A stretch of DNA of 32,365 nt from an uncultured Candidatus Saccharibacteria bacterium (GTDB lineage: Bacteria; Patescibacteriota; Minisyncoccia; Phycocordibacterales; UBA1006), in assembly GCA_964550225.1 (NCBI GenBank), contig CAZJXT010000002.1:1-32365 (forward strand), written 5' to 3'. Of this stretch, positions 1 through 7,825 are shown piece by piece (the stretch's first letter is position 1; every line of letters begins with the position of its first letter). Made by a program: the position numbers and the translations under genes. The notes beneath the pieces are model-generated. The model ran no database searches. It worked only from the letters and a program-made list of their open reading frames with translations, and was not told the DNA's origin.

Positions 1-51
1 TTATCCACGCCGCCAGCGTTCATCCTGAGCTAGGATCAAACTCTACTAAAA
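1..51 (-). rRNA. rrs: 16S rRNA, 5' end only (gene continues past the window start)
   Basis: Reverse complement of 1-44 reads AGAGTTTGATCCTAGCTCAGGATGAACGCTGGCGGCGTGGATAA, the universal 16S 5' end (27F primer site). The mature 5' end is placed about 7 nt further upstream by analogy with E. coli. Confidence 0.9.
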
Positions 52-94
52 AATATACGGGCAAGAATTAATCTTACCTTGTATGCATAGAACG

Positions 95-107
95 AAACAA
101 AAGAACG
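95..107 (-). promoter_or_regulatory. Candidate boxA-like element in the rRNA leader
   Basis: Minus strand reads CGTTCTTTTGTTT, followed by a second CGTTCT, between promoter P2 and the 16S 5' end. It shares ACGTTCTTT with the better boxA match at 31692-31704. Confidence 0.3.
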
Positions 108-180
108 TACAATCTTTTGTTTCGAAAATTCAGTTGACAATGAATCTGTCTCGTTTTCGAAAAACTGTGAGACGAGAGTG

Positions 181-209
181 ATTCTAGCAAAATACATAAT
201 AAAATGCAA
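181..209 (-). promoter_or_regulatory. rRNA promoter P2 (sigma-70 type)
   Basis: Minus strand TTGCAT-N17-TAGAAT with TGC immediately 5' of the -10 box (extended -10). Confidence 0.6.
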
Positions 210-283
210 GGATTTCTTGCACCAAATTATGTGGATTTCTAAACTTGACCACATCTGTCTTCTTTTGGAAAGTGACAACGTCT

Positions 284-311
284 ATCCTAGCAAATTCACA
301 AGGAATGTCAA
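284..311 (-). promoter_or_regulatory. rRNA promoter P1 (sigma-70 type)
   Basis: Minus strand TTGACA-N16-TAGGAT with a TGC extended -10, just downstream of the hairpin that ends the preceding gene. Confidence 0.5.
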
Positions 312-325
312 GTGTTTTTCCAAGT

Positions 326-356
326 AAAAAAGCCATGGGGTTTCCGGTGGCTTTTC
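326..356 (-). terminator. Possible intrinsic terminator after ORF 380-694
   Basis: Minus strand AAAAGCCA...TGGCTTTT stem (large loop) followed by a T-run. The stem is weak. Confidence 0.35.
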
Positions 357-379
357 TTTAACCCAGAACACTCGTAGTT

Positions 380-694
380 CTATGCGGCTTTTTTAGTGAG
401 TTGTTCACAAACCAGAGCTTTTTTAAATGTTTCAAATGATATTGTCGATTGAAATTTCGCTCTATTTGGATCAGTTTGATATCGCTGCCCCTGATTGTAT
501 TTATTTGTTGAAATCAATACGATATCAGTTTTTGTTACAGCAACAATTACCTGCCATGGCTCATGATTAATTTCTTCAATACTGTTCATTAATACAGCGA
601 TGCCAAAATCTTTGGCGTTTATTTTTTTACGCTCTTTTAAAAATTTTCGTAATTCCTTAAGAGATGTTTCTTGTGTAATTTGAATAGGCTGCAT
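380..694 (-). CDS. Hypothetical protein, 104 aa
   Basis: ATG-initiated ORF with its own promoter (725-752). No family recognised. Confidence 0.6.
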   Translation of the reverse strand: MQPIQITQETSLKELRKFLKERKKINAKDFGIAVLMNSIEEINHEPWQVIVAVTKTDIVLISTNKYNQGQRYQTDPNRAKFQSTISFETFKKALVCEQLTKKAA

Positions 695-724
695 AGGTCG
701 TAGTTTTTTATTTTTATTTTCTTT

Positions 725-752
725 ACCATAACATATTTAAAATAAAAAGCAA
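725..752 (-). promoter_or_regulatory. Promoter of ORF 380-694
   Basis: Minus strand TTGCTT-N16-TATGGT with a TGT extended -10. Leader is about 29 nt. Confidence 0.5.
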
Positions 753-761
753 GCTTTTGGC

Positions 762-1985
762 TTACTTGTTATTTTTATAATATTCTTTCAAAAAATTTTC
801 TTTGAGTTGATAAAATGTGTCATCTAATAACGAATTGCGAATATCTGCTACGAGCTTATTGATAAAATAGAGGTTATGAATTGATGCCAATGTTCCTGCA
901 AGCATTTCTTGAGAACGAAACAGATGTGCGAGATATGACCGCGTATAATTTTTACAAGTATAACAATCACAATCAGATTCTATGGGAATTATTGATTCTT
1001 TATGTTCTGCGTTCATCATATTGATACGTCCCTGTTTAGTATACAATGATCCATTACGAGCAATTCGTGTCGGTGCAACACAATCAAATGTATCGCATCC
1101 ATTTTCTACTCCAAGGAAAAAATCTATCGGTTCCCCAATCCCCAACAAATGTCTCGGTTTATGTTCTGGAAGAATTTCATTCACCCATTTCACAGCTGTT
1201 CCCAAATCATCTTTTTCAAACGATCCCCCAATTCCAAACCCATCAAATTGGTCTCCGTGTTCGGTCACCATTTCTGCAAGAATTTTTGCTGACTCCTTGC
1301 GTAAATCCTCAAAACGTCCTCCTTGAACCACACCAAACAATGCCTGTTTCTTTTCTTGATCAAATTCATTATGCGCAACGAGACTGCGTAGTGCCCATCG
1401 ATGCGTGCGATCCATTGCTTGCTTTTGATATTCAAGAGGTGCAATTGGTGACGTACATTCATCAAATGCAAAAATAATATCAGCACCGAGATTCCATTGG
1501 ATTTCCATAGATCGCTCTGGAGTAAAGCGATGTTCAGATCCATCTTTATACGATTTGAATGTTACACCATCTTCATCAATTTTTGCGAGTGCTTTTTCTG
1601 AAATCTCAAAAGGGGTAGCATCTGTTATCTGTTCCACACTTGCAAGTTTTCCAACTTTTTGATCAAATGCTGTTCCAAGTGAAAACACCTGAAACCCACC
1701 ACTGTCGGTCATGGTCGGTCCGTGCCAATTCATCATTTTGGGAAACCCTCCATGCTTTGCAACAATTTTGTCTCCGGGTTCTAAATAAAGATGATAAGTG
1801 TTTGCAAGTACTACCTGTGCACCCAGATCTTTGATTTGTTCAGGAGTTAATGCCTTTACCGTTGCCTTGGTTCCTACAGTCACAAATGATGGAGTCAAAA
1901 TCACCCCATGAGGAGTATGAATTTCTCCAACGCGCGCAAGAGTTCCATCAAGTTTTTTAATTATTTTAAATTCAAATGGCTGCAT
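762..1985 (-). CDS. tgt: tRNA-guanine (queuine) transglycosylase
   Basis: Tgt hallmarks LANTYHLYLEPG and DSGGFQV, plus the zinc motif CDCYTCKNYTRSYLAHL. Start moved to ATG 1985 (MQPFEF...) because an extended -10 box lies inside the longer ORF (to 2015). Confidence 0.93.
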   Translation of the reverse strand: MQPFEFKIIKKLDGTLARVGEIHTPHGVILTPSFVTVGTKATVKALTPEQIKDLGAQVVLANTYHLYLEPGDKIVAKHGGFPKMMNWHGPTMTDSGGFQVFSLGTAFDQKVGKLASVEQITDATPFEISEKALAKIDEDGVTFKSYKDGSEHRFTPERSMEIQWNLGADIIFAFDECTSPIAPLEYQKQAMDRTHRWALRSLVAHNEFDQEKKQALFGVVQGGRFEDLRKESAKILAEMVTEHGDQFDGFGIGGSFEKDDLGTAVKWVNEILPEHKPRHLLGIGEPIDFFLGVENGCDTFDCVAPTRIARNGSLYTKQGRINMMNAEHKESIIPIESDCDCYTCKNYTRSYLAHLFRSQEMLAGTLASIHNLYFINKLVADIRNSLLDDTFYQLKENFLKEYYKNNK

Positions 1986-1994
1986 GATTTTCTG

Positions 1995-2003
1995 ACTATA
2001 CCA
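1995..2003 (-). promoter_or_regulatory. Extended -10 promoter of tgt
   Basis: Minus strand TGGTATAGT, then 9 nt to ATG 1985. The -35 is poor (ATGCAT). Confidence 0.5.
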
Positions 2004-2030
2004 AAAAAGACGCATTTATGCATCTTTTTT
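2002..2030 (-). terminator. Intrinsic terminator after the EEP gene
   Basis: Minus-strand RNA AGAUGCA-UAAA-UGCGUCU (7 bp including one G-U) flanked by an A-run and followed by a T-run. Confidence 0.6.
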
Positions 2031-2037
2031 GAATGAA

Positions 2038-2781
2038 CTATGCATTTATTTTAACATACAATGGTGCGTGATCAGAAACCTCGTCTGGGAGTACCTTAAA
2101 ATCTTCTACTTGAATACCTTTTGAAACAAATACGTAATCTGCAAATTTATTTTCTTTCGTGTAATACGATGTTCGTGTATTCGTAACACCATATTCCTTA
2201 ATCAAATTTGTAAGTCCAAAATCTTCAATCATTTTTAAACTTTGTGTATTTGGTGATAAATTAAAATCACCACCTAATACAAATGGATGATTTAATGTTT
2301 TTAAAAATGAAATAATATTTTCTGATTGCTTCAAGCGATCTTCAGTATCATCTTTTCCTTGACCGTTCCATAATCCATGTAAATTGAGAATTGAAACTTT
2401 TTGTTGATCTTCTATTTGCAGGGTGAGATATTGTAGATTTCTTTTAGGAGAAGTAATATCAAGAACTGGAAAATATTCTTCCTTATCATGAATCATAATA
2501 TCTCCGAAACCTATTAGTGATAATGATTTTTTATAATAGATCGCAAGCCCATAATCACCATTTTCATCTTCTGGTGCAAATATTTTTTCATAATTTCTCA
2601 AAATATCCCCAACTTGTGAAAACATATTATTCATTTCATCATGATGATCTATTTTTTCTCTTGGCGCATCTGACCAAACCTCTTGCAAACAAAATACATC
2701 CACATCCTGATATGTTTCAAAAAAATGTTTTAAAGGTTCTGCAACTCGCCCACCCCACGTATTTAAAAAAATGATTTTCAT
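2038..2781 (-). CDS. Endonuclease/exonuclease/phosphatase (EEP) family protein
   Basis: Motifs MKIIFLNTWGG, FCLQEV, GGDFN and SDHAPL typical of the EEP fold. ATG 2781 avoids overlap with mreC. Confidence 0.85.
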   Translation of the reverse strand: MKIIFLNTWGGRVAEPLKHFFETYQDVDVFCLQEVWSDAPREKIDHHDEMNNMFSQVGDILRNYEKIFAPEDENGDYGLAIYYKKSLSLIGFGDIMIHDKEEYFPVLDITSPKRNLQYLTLQIEDQQKVSILNLHGLWNGQGKDDTEDRLKQSENIISFLKTLNHPFVLGGDFNLSPNTQSLKMIEDFGLTNLIKEYGVTNTRTSYYTKENKFADYVFVSKGIQVEDFKVLPDEVSDHAPLYVKINA

Positions 2782-2791
2782 AGTATGAATA

Positions 2792-3586
2792 TTATTTAAT
2801 AATCTCCACAAAACGTAATTCTTGTACATTCACCGGAGTACGTGCCAACACGGTTTGAAATGGATCCCGAGGATCAAAGATTACTGATTTTACAACTCCT
2901 ACAATCATATTCTGATATTCTGGAAGTGCTAACAAATCTCCATCGACAATTGTAATCTCTCGAGGAATATGGATCTCAAAATTTCCGGACCCTTTTCCCA
3001 TTGCAGGAACAAAAATGTTTTTCTCGTTTTTAATTACTAAATCTCCACTGAATTGAGGACCTGAATATAATACTACGGTTGCAGTATTTTTTGATACCGC
3101 GGCAATTTCTCCTAATCCAATAATTCCTTGACTTGTAACACGCTGTCCTACAGCAACCCCATCATCACTTCCTCGATTAATAATCAAACTATTATAAAGA
3201 GACCGATTTGGTTTTGCTATTATTTCCGCAAGAATGCTTTCATCTGTTTTTTTAATATAGGATAATTCTTTTCGTAATGCATCATTTTCTTGACGAAGTG
3301 TTTCATTTTCTATCAGAGTCGTACTATTGCTCGCAATAGTATCATTAAGTTTTTTATTTTCTTTAATCAAAATTGATTTTGGAGTCATCATTGTTACCGT
3401 ATTCACGGCTGCAATATCCAAAGTATGAGCAAGCCACGCTGGACCTTGAAAAACAGTTCTCATGAATGGCGCTATAATAAACACCAATATTCCGATGGTA
3501 CCAATTAATCCAACACCAATACTCGCAATTCTTTTGCGAGATATTTTCTGTTTATTTTCTTTATTATCGAAGTGGTAAGATGTCAT
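2792..3586 (-). CDS. mreC: Rod shape-determining protein MreC
   Basis: Basic N-terminus plus TM helix, coiled coil (LRQENDALRKEL), beta-rich C-terminal domain, and position directly after mreB. The ORF-track start at 3619 is TTG. The first ATG is 3586. Confidence 0.8.
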   Translation of the reverse strand: MTSYHFDNKENKQKISRKRIASIGVGLIGTIGILVFIIAPFMRTVFQGPAWLAHTLDIAAVNTVTMMTPKSILIKENKKLNDTIASNSTTLIENETLRQENDALRKELSYIKKTDESILAEIIAKPNRSLYNSLIINRGSDDGVAVGQRVTSQGIIGLGEIAAVSKNTATVVLYSGPQFSGDLVIKNEKNIFVPAMGKGSGNFEIHIPREITIVDGDLLALPEYQNMIVGVVKSVIFDPRDPFQTVLARTPVNVQELRFVEIIK

Positions 3587-4610
3587 GAGGAGCAACAAGA
3601 ACTTCTTTAAATTTTTCAATGTCTTCTAAAACAATACCGCACCCACGCGCAACTGCAGAAAGTGGATCATCTGCGGTATAAACGGGAATTTTGAACGCAT
3701 CAAATATCATTTTATCTAATCCTCGGATAAGTGCACCACCTCCGGCGATATACATCCCCCGATTCATAACATCTGAAACAATTTCTGGTGGAGTAGTTTC
3801 TAAAACTTCACGAATAGCATCAACAATCTGAGCAATTGATGCTCCAATTGCATGACGAATATCACTATCTGTTACTAAAATTTCTCGAGGGAGACCTGTA
3901 ATAAGATCGCGCCCTTTTACTTTTGTTTCAAGTTTTTCACCTACCTGAGCAGAGCCTAACACCAACTTGATCTCTTCTGATGTTTTTTCACCTACTAATA
4001 ATTTAAATTCATTGCGCAAGTAATTGATGATGTCTTGGTTCATTGTATCTCCTGCAAGTTTTAATGATTTCGCCTGTACAACACCCGATAATGAGATAAC
4101 CGCAATATCGGTAGTTCCTCCACCAATATCAATAATCATAGAACCAACAGGTTCTTTAACAGGTAATCGAATACCTATTGCCGCAGCCATGGGTTCTTCG
4201 ATGATATATACCTCTCGAGCTCCTGCAGATTTTGCCGCATCATAAACCGCCAAATGTTCTACGTTGGTAATTCCAGAAGGAACACCTACGACAACACGCG
4301 GCCGAAAAAATTTCGGAGAAATTTTTTCGGCCTTAGTAATTAAATACGACAACATTTCTTCGGTTACTTCAAAATCTGAAATAACTCCATCTACGACAGG
4401 ATGAATTGCTTTAATATGAGTAGGCGTTCGTCCAAGCATTTCTTTAGCAGCAGTACCCACCGCTACAATACGTCCTGTTTTTGTGTTGAGTGCAACAATA
4501 GACGGTTCGTTGATGATAATTCCAGACCCTCGCAAATATACCAAAGTGTTAGCTGTTCCTAAATCAATCCCGATATCATTAGAAAATTTATTGTACAAGT
4601 CTTCGAACAT
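3564..4610 (-). CDS. mreB: Rod shape-determining actin homologue MreB
   Basis: Actin-fold ATPase motifs DLGTANT, DIGGGTTD and GGGALIRGLD. Confidence 0.95.
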   Translation of the reverse strand: MFEDLYNKFSNDIGIDLGTANTLVYLRGSGIIINEPSIVALNTKTGRIVAVGTAAKEMLGRTPTHIKAIHPVVDGVISDFEVTEEMLSYLITKAEKISPKFFRPRVVVGVPSGITNVEHLAVYDAAKSAGAREVYIIEEPMAAAIGIRLPVKEPVGSMIIDIGGGTTDIAVISLSGVVQAKSLKLAGDTMNQDIINYLRNEFKLLVGEKTSEEIKLVLGSAQVGEKLETKVKGRDLITGLPREILVTDSDIRHAIGASIAQIVDAIREVLETTPPEIVSDVMNRGMYIAGGGALIRGLDKMIFDAFKIPVYTADDPLSAVARGCGIVLEDIEKFKEVLVAPHDILPLR

Positions 4611-4620
4611 AGATGTGCGG

Positions 4621-4629
4621 AGTGTACCA
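4621..4629 (-). promoter_or_regulatory. Extended -10 promoter of mreB
   Basis: Minus strand TGGTACACT, then 10 nt to ATG 4610. Confidence 0.4.
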
Positions 4630-4654
4630 TGTTAGACGTTTTTGTGGAAGAACC

Positions 4655-4683
4655 TTGACATTTATAATTTATAATGCTATTAT
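4655..4683 (+). promoter_or_regulatory. Promoter of ORF 4708-5118
   Basis: TTGACA-N17-TATTAT with a TGC extended -10. Leader is 24 nt. Confidence 0.65.
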
Positions 4684-4707
4684 AATATAGAACCAAAAAC
4701 TATCTAC

Positions 4708-5118
4708 ATGAAAAAAGCTTCCTTTTTCCCTATGCTATTAGAAGGTTTTTTAAAAGAGCTGCCTATAGAAATTCCCTCACTAGAAACTCTTGCGCAATTA
4801 TTACGAGAAAAACGGATGAAAGAAAAATTGTGCGATACTGCATTTTATAATTATGTAAATCAACAAATTCTAAATTCTGTAAAAGAAATTCTTAAAAAAA
4901 CCGCTTCTGACATTGCTCAAAACAAGCTTGAAAAAATGTATGACTTTCAAAGACTTTCTGGAACCAAAGAAACTGAAATGCTTATCTTTGAATTATTAGT
5001 AGTTCATTTTGGGAAAAGCATCCCCAATGAAAAACTTTTAGAAATCATTCATAATGATTCCGGCCAGTATTCTGAAAAATACATTTCATTTGCGAGAACT
5101 GCTTTTACTATGAAGTAA
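4708..5118 (+). CDS. Hypothetical protein, 136 aa, probably helical
   Basis: ATG ORF bracketed by a consensus promoter and a strong terminator. No family recognised. Confidence 0.65.
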   Translation: MKKASFFPMLLEGFLKELPIEIPSLETLAQLLREKRMKEKLCDTAFYNYVNQQILNSVKEILKKTASDIAQNKLEKMYDFQRLSGTKETEMLIFELLVVHFGKSIPNEKLLEIIHNDSGQYSEKYISFARTAFTMK

Positions 5119-5125
5119 TTCTCAC

Positions 5126-5160
5126 AAAATGCGCAACCTTATTAAAGGATGCGCATTTTT
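5126..5160. terminator. Bidirectional intrinsic terminator (ORF 4708 / proS)
   Basis: ATGCGCA-A-CCTT-ATTA-AAGG-A-TGCGCAT hairpin (5129-5156) flanked by AAAA and TTTTT, between convergent genes. Confidence 0.8.
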
Positions 5161-6397
5161 ATTTAATAACCATTTCAAATAATTCTGCTTCAGTAATAAT
5201 TTTACTATCAGATTCATTTCTTTTTTTAAACTCCAAACCTCCTTTTTCAAGTGACTTATCAGAAATAACTACTCGATACGGAATTCCGATGAGATCTGCA
5301 TCCGCAAATTTAGCACCTGCAGAACTATCTCGATCATCGAGGAGAACTTCGATTCCCTGTGCTGTAAGTTTTTCATAGAGTGCGGTGGCTTTATCAGCAA
5401 CAGAACCTAATTGAATCAAGTGAACTTTGAATGGCGCAATTGTTTCTGGCCAAATAATTCCTTTATCATCAGAAAAGATTTCTGTAATAACTCCCATAAG
5501 GCGCGTAATCCCAATTCCATATGAACCCATATATACTAATTGAGGCTTCCCTTCTGAATCCATATAAGTAAGCCCAAGCGGTTCAGAAAATTTATGACCG
5601 AGTGAGAAAATATTTCCCACCTCAACAGCTTTTTCTTCTACGAGCTCATCTTTTGATAATCCAAGATCAGCAAGCACTTCATCAGTATAAACCTCTTTAT
5701 TGATTGCAATATTTTTTTCTTTACTTACATAGATCAAATCTTCTCCCGCTTCACAGATAGTTTGAAACTCATGAGAGTATTTAGAAAAAGTTCCTCCTGA
5801 TGCAAATGTGAAATAGGTTTTATTTTCAAGACCTATTCGTGCAAATATGTTTTTGTAAGCATTTGTCATCTTGTTATAAAACAAATCGTGCTCTGATTGA
5901 TCTTTTGAAAATGAATAAAGTGCTTTCCAAAAAAATTCACGCCCTCGAATAATTCCTGATTTTGCACGAAGCTCATTTCGAAAAACTGTTCGAATATCGT
6001 AAGGATACGCAGGAAGATCTTTATATGAATGAATAAACTGTTTCATCATTGCAGTCATAGGTTCTTCGTGAGTAAATGCAAGCCCTAGTTCTGCACCACC
6101 TTTTAATTCTGTTTTAAACCAATTATCAACAATAGCATCATCCCATCTTGTTTTTTCCCAAACTTCTTTGTTCTGAAGTGCTGTTGATTGCATTTCACAA
6201 CCACCAACACTATTCATTTCTTCTCGAATAATTTGTGAAATTTTTTGGATAACACGAAGACCTAGAGGTAAAACATCGTAGATACCTGCCATTTCTTTAT
6301 GAATAAAACCACCCTTGATTAACAATTGTGCATTTTTTGAAACCTCATCTGCTGGAGCTTCTTTTCGAGTTTTTGTAAATAATTGAGATTGTCGCAT
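5159..6397 (-). CDS. proS: Prolyl-tRNA synthetase, short form without the INS editing domain
   Basis: The N-terminus MRQSQLFTKTRKEAPADEVSKNAQLLIKGGFI matches bacterial ProRS. It has a class II core and a C-terminal anticodon-binding domain. At 412 aa there is no room for the roughly 180 aa INS insertion. Confidence 0.88.
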   Translation of the reverse strand: MRQSQLFTKTRKEAPADEVSKNAQLLIKGGFIHKEMAGIYDVLPLGLRVIQKISQIIREEMNSVGGCEMQSTALQNKEVWEKTRWDDAIVDNWFKTELKGGAELGLAFTHEEPMTAMMKQFIHSYKDLPAYPYDIRTVFRNELRAKSGIIRGREFFWKALYSFSKDQSEHDLFYNKMTNAYKNIFARIGLENKTYFTFASGGTFSKYSHEFQTICEAGEDLIYVSKEKNIAINKEVYTDEVLADLGLSKDELVEEKAVEVGNIFSLGHKFSEPLGLTYMDSEGKPQLVYMGSYGIGITRLMGVITEIFSDDKGIIWPETIAPFKVHLIQLGSVADKATALYEKLTAQGIEVLLDDRDSSAGAKFADADLIGIPYRVVISDKSLEKGGLEFKKRNESDSKIITEAELFEMVIK

Positions 6398-6403
6398 AGA
6401 GCT

Positions 6404-6432
6404 ATACTAGCTTTTCAGAACCTTTTTTGCAA
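6404..6432 (-). promoter_or_regulatory. Promoter of proS (leaderless)
   Basis: Minus strand TTGCAA-N17-TAGTAT, then only 6 nt (AGCTCT) to ATG 6397. Confidence 0.65.
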
Positions 6433-6473
6433 GAAAAAAACTGACATTGTTTCTTATTAATAAATAATGTCAG
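6433..6473 (-). terminator. Intrinsic terminator after ORF 6500-6868
   Basis: 8-bp stem CTGACATT/AATGTCAG (6441-6473) followed on the minus strand by a 7-nt T-run. Confidence 0.7.
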
Positions 6474-6499
6474 TGTTTTTATTTTATTGTGATTATTAC

Positions 6500-6868
6500 C
6501 TAATCAGCAATAATTAAAGTATTCAATTGGGTATTACCTTCATCTTTTTGTTTTCTTAAAAAAGTTTTAAATTCAGTATCTGTCAATGATCGTTCTAGTA
6601 TATCACGATAATAAGACCATGCTTCTTGCTGAGAAAGAAAAACTCCTTTGTAACCAAAAACAATATCTGTTAGATTAATTTTGTCTCTGTCATTAAAGAA
6701 AACCTTTCTTGGCTCAGTCGGACCTTCACCATAATTACTTCCTACATGATAGAACGATGTACCTGGTTTTATCTTATTCAAGAAATTCTTCTTGGTAAAA
6801 ACCCCATCTGGATACTTACTACGTATCTCTTGTATACACTTTGGCAATTTCGGTATTTTTTTTCGCAT
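6500..6868 (-). CDS. Hypothetical protein, 122 aa
   Basis: ATG ORF with its own promoter and terminator. No family recognised. Confidence 0.65.
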   Translation of the reverse strand: MRKKIPKLPKCIQEIRSKYPDGVFTKKNFLNKIKPGTSFYHVGSNYGEGPTEPRKVFFNDRDKINLTDIVFGYKGVFLSQQEAWSYYRDILERSLTDTEFKTFLRKQKDEGNTQLNTLIIAD

Positions 6869-6898
6869 TTTTTGAGATTTTAATTTTGTTTCGATATT

Positions 6899-6927
6899 AT
6901 AATATCATTAAATATAGATATAGTCAA
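6899..6927 (-). promoter_or_regulatory. Promoter of ORF 6500-6868
   Basis: Minus strand TTGACT-N17-TATTAT with a TGA extended -10. Leader is 30 nt. Confidence 0.65.
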
Positions 6928-6930
6928 GTC

Positions 6931-6959
6931 TCGTCAAATCTCTTTGTTTATGTTATAGT
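6931..6959 (+). promoter_or_regulatory. Promoter of the rpsB-tsf unit
   Basis: TCGTCA-N17-TATAGT with a TGT extended -10. The -35 is weak. Confidence 0.45.
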
Positions 6960-6965
6960 CCCTCT

Positions 6966-7111
6966 CGTAAGCAGATTGTAGAAAACATCTTATTGAGAAC
7001 GGTACTTGGCTATCCAAGCCTTATAAATAAATGTTTTCCACGGGCGTCACCCGTGCCAACGAGGGGTATTATTATTACCCACCCCTTGTGCAAATCTGTC
7101 GTAAAAAAATT
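6966..7111 (+). promoter_or_regulatory. Structured 5' leader of rpsB (candidate autoregulatory element)
   Basis: Closing helix CAGATT (6972-6977) / AATCTG (7093-7098) encloses three hairpins: CTTGG/CCAAG (7005-7018), CACGGG/CCCGTG (7039-7055) and AGGGGT/ACCCCT (7062-7086). The region is GC-rich compared with its surroundings. Confidence 0.45.
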
Positions 7112-7792
7112 ATGGAACAACTTGTCAAAGACATGTTTTCTGTTGGTGCGCATTACGGATATACTCGTACCCGCCGACACCCTACTACTAAACCTTTCCT
7201 CTATGGAACTAAAAACCGAACCGATATTATCGATTTGGAAAAAACTGTAGCATCTCTCGCAACTGCGGAAGAAATCCTCGCAACATTAGGAGCTGCTGGA
7301 AAACAAGTTCTCTTTGTAGGAACAAAACCAGAAGCTACAGGAGCTGTAAAATCTTATGCTGAAAAACTAGGTATGCCCTATGTTGAAATCCGATGGATCG
7401 GAGGAACATTGACTAACGAAAAACAAATCAAATCACGAATTAGTTTATTTGAAGATCTTTCTGATAAGCAAGAAAAAAATGAGCTTGATACTATTACAAA
7501 AACCAAGAAAGAAAAACTACTCTTGGAACGTAAAATTGAAAAATTGAATCGACGATTTGGAGGTCTTACTACTATGAAAGGTCTCCCAAGTGCTTTGATT
7601 GTTGTTGATGCAAAAGAGGAATCTATTGCTATTACAGAAGCAAATAAAATGGGTATTCCTGTAATTGCTATCTGTAATACCGATTGTAACCTTAAAACAG
7701 TTGCCTACCCTATCGTAGGAAACGATGCAAGTAAAAAATCAATTGAATTCTTCTTGAATCGATTGGTAAATGCTTATAAAGGAAATAAATAA
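7112..7792 (+). CDS. rpsB: 30S ribosomal protein S2
   Basis: S2-like N-terminus MEQLVKDMFSVGAHYGYTRTRRHP, plus LFVGTK and IVVD motifs. The upstream extension to 7031 lies in the structured leader and is rejected. Confidence 0.93.
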   Translation: MEQLVKDMFSVGAHYGYTRTRRHPTTKPFLYGTKNRTDIIDLEKTVASLATAEEILATLGAAGKQVLFVGTKPEATGAVKSYAEKLGMPYVEIRWIGGTLTNEKQIKSRISLFEDLSDKQEKNELDTITKTKKEKLLLERKIEKLNRRFGGLTTMKGLPSALIVVDAKEESIAITEANKMGIPVIAICNTDCNLKTVAYPIVGNDASKKSIEFFLNRLVNAYKGNK

Positions 7793-7825
7793 TCACTTAT
7801 TAAGTCTTTAATCTTTTTAAAAAAT

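Noticed and set aside
36-278. 80-aa minus-strand ORF next to the 16S 5' end
   Set aside because: It overlaps the 16S 5' end, the rRNA leader and promoter P2. It is low-complexity with no coding signature, so it is most likely non-coding leader RNA.
695-761. Possible terminator after tgt (AAGC-CAAAA-GCTT)
   Set aside because: The stem is only 4 bp and it overlaps the -35 of the next promoter. It is too weak to call.
982-1834. Plus-strand ORFs (982-1326, 1046-1477, 1640-1834) and a nested minus-strand ORF (1265-1543) inside tgt
   Set aside because: They are antisense or out-of-frame shadows of a well-supported conserved gene. No promoter or terminator is associated with them.
2789-2794. TAATAT -10-like hexamer 7 nt upstream of the EEP gene ATG
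   Set aside because: It has no TGn and no acceptable -35 (TACGTT), and it overlaps the mreC stop codon. The EEP gene is more simply co-transcribed with mreBC.
7031-7111. N-terminal extension of rpsB (MFSTGVTRANEGYYYYPPLVQICRKKI...) and the overlapping ORF 6993-7250
   Set aside because: The canonical S2 N-terminus begins at ATG 7112. The extension runs through the hairpins of the leader, and its odd composition (YYYY, PP) reflects the GC-rich stems.
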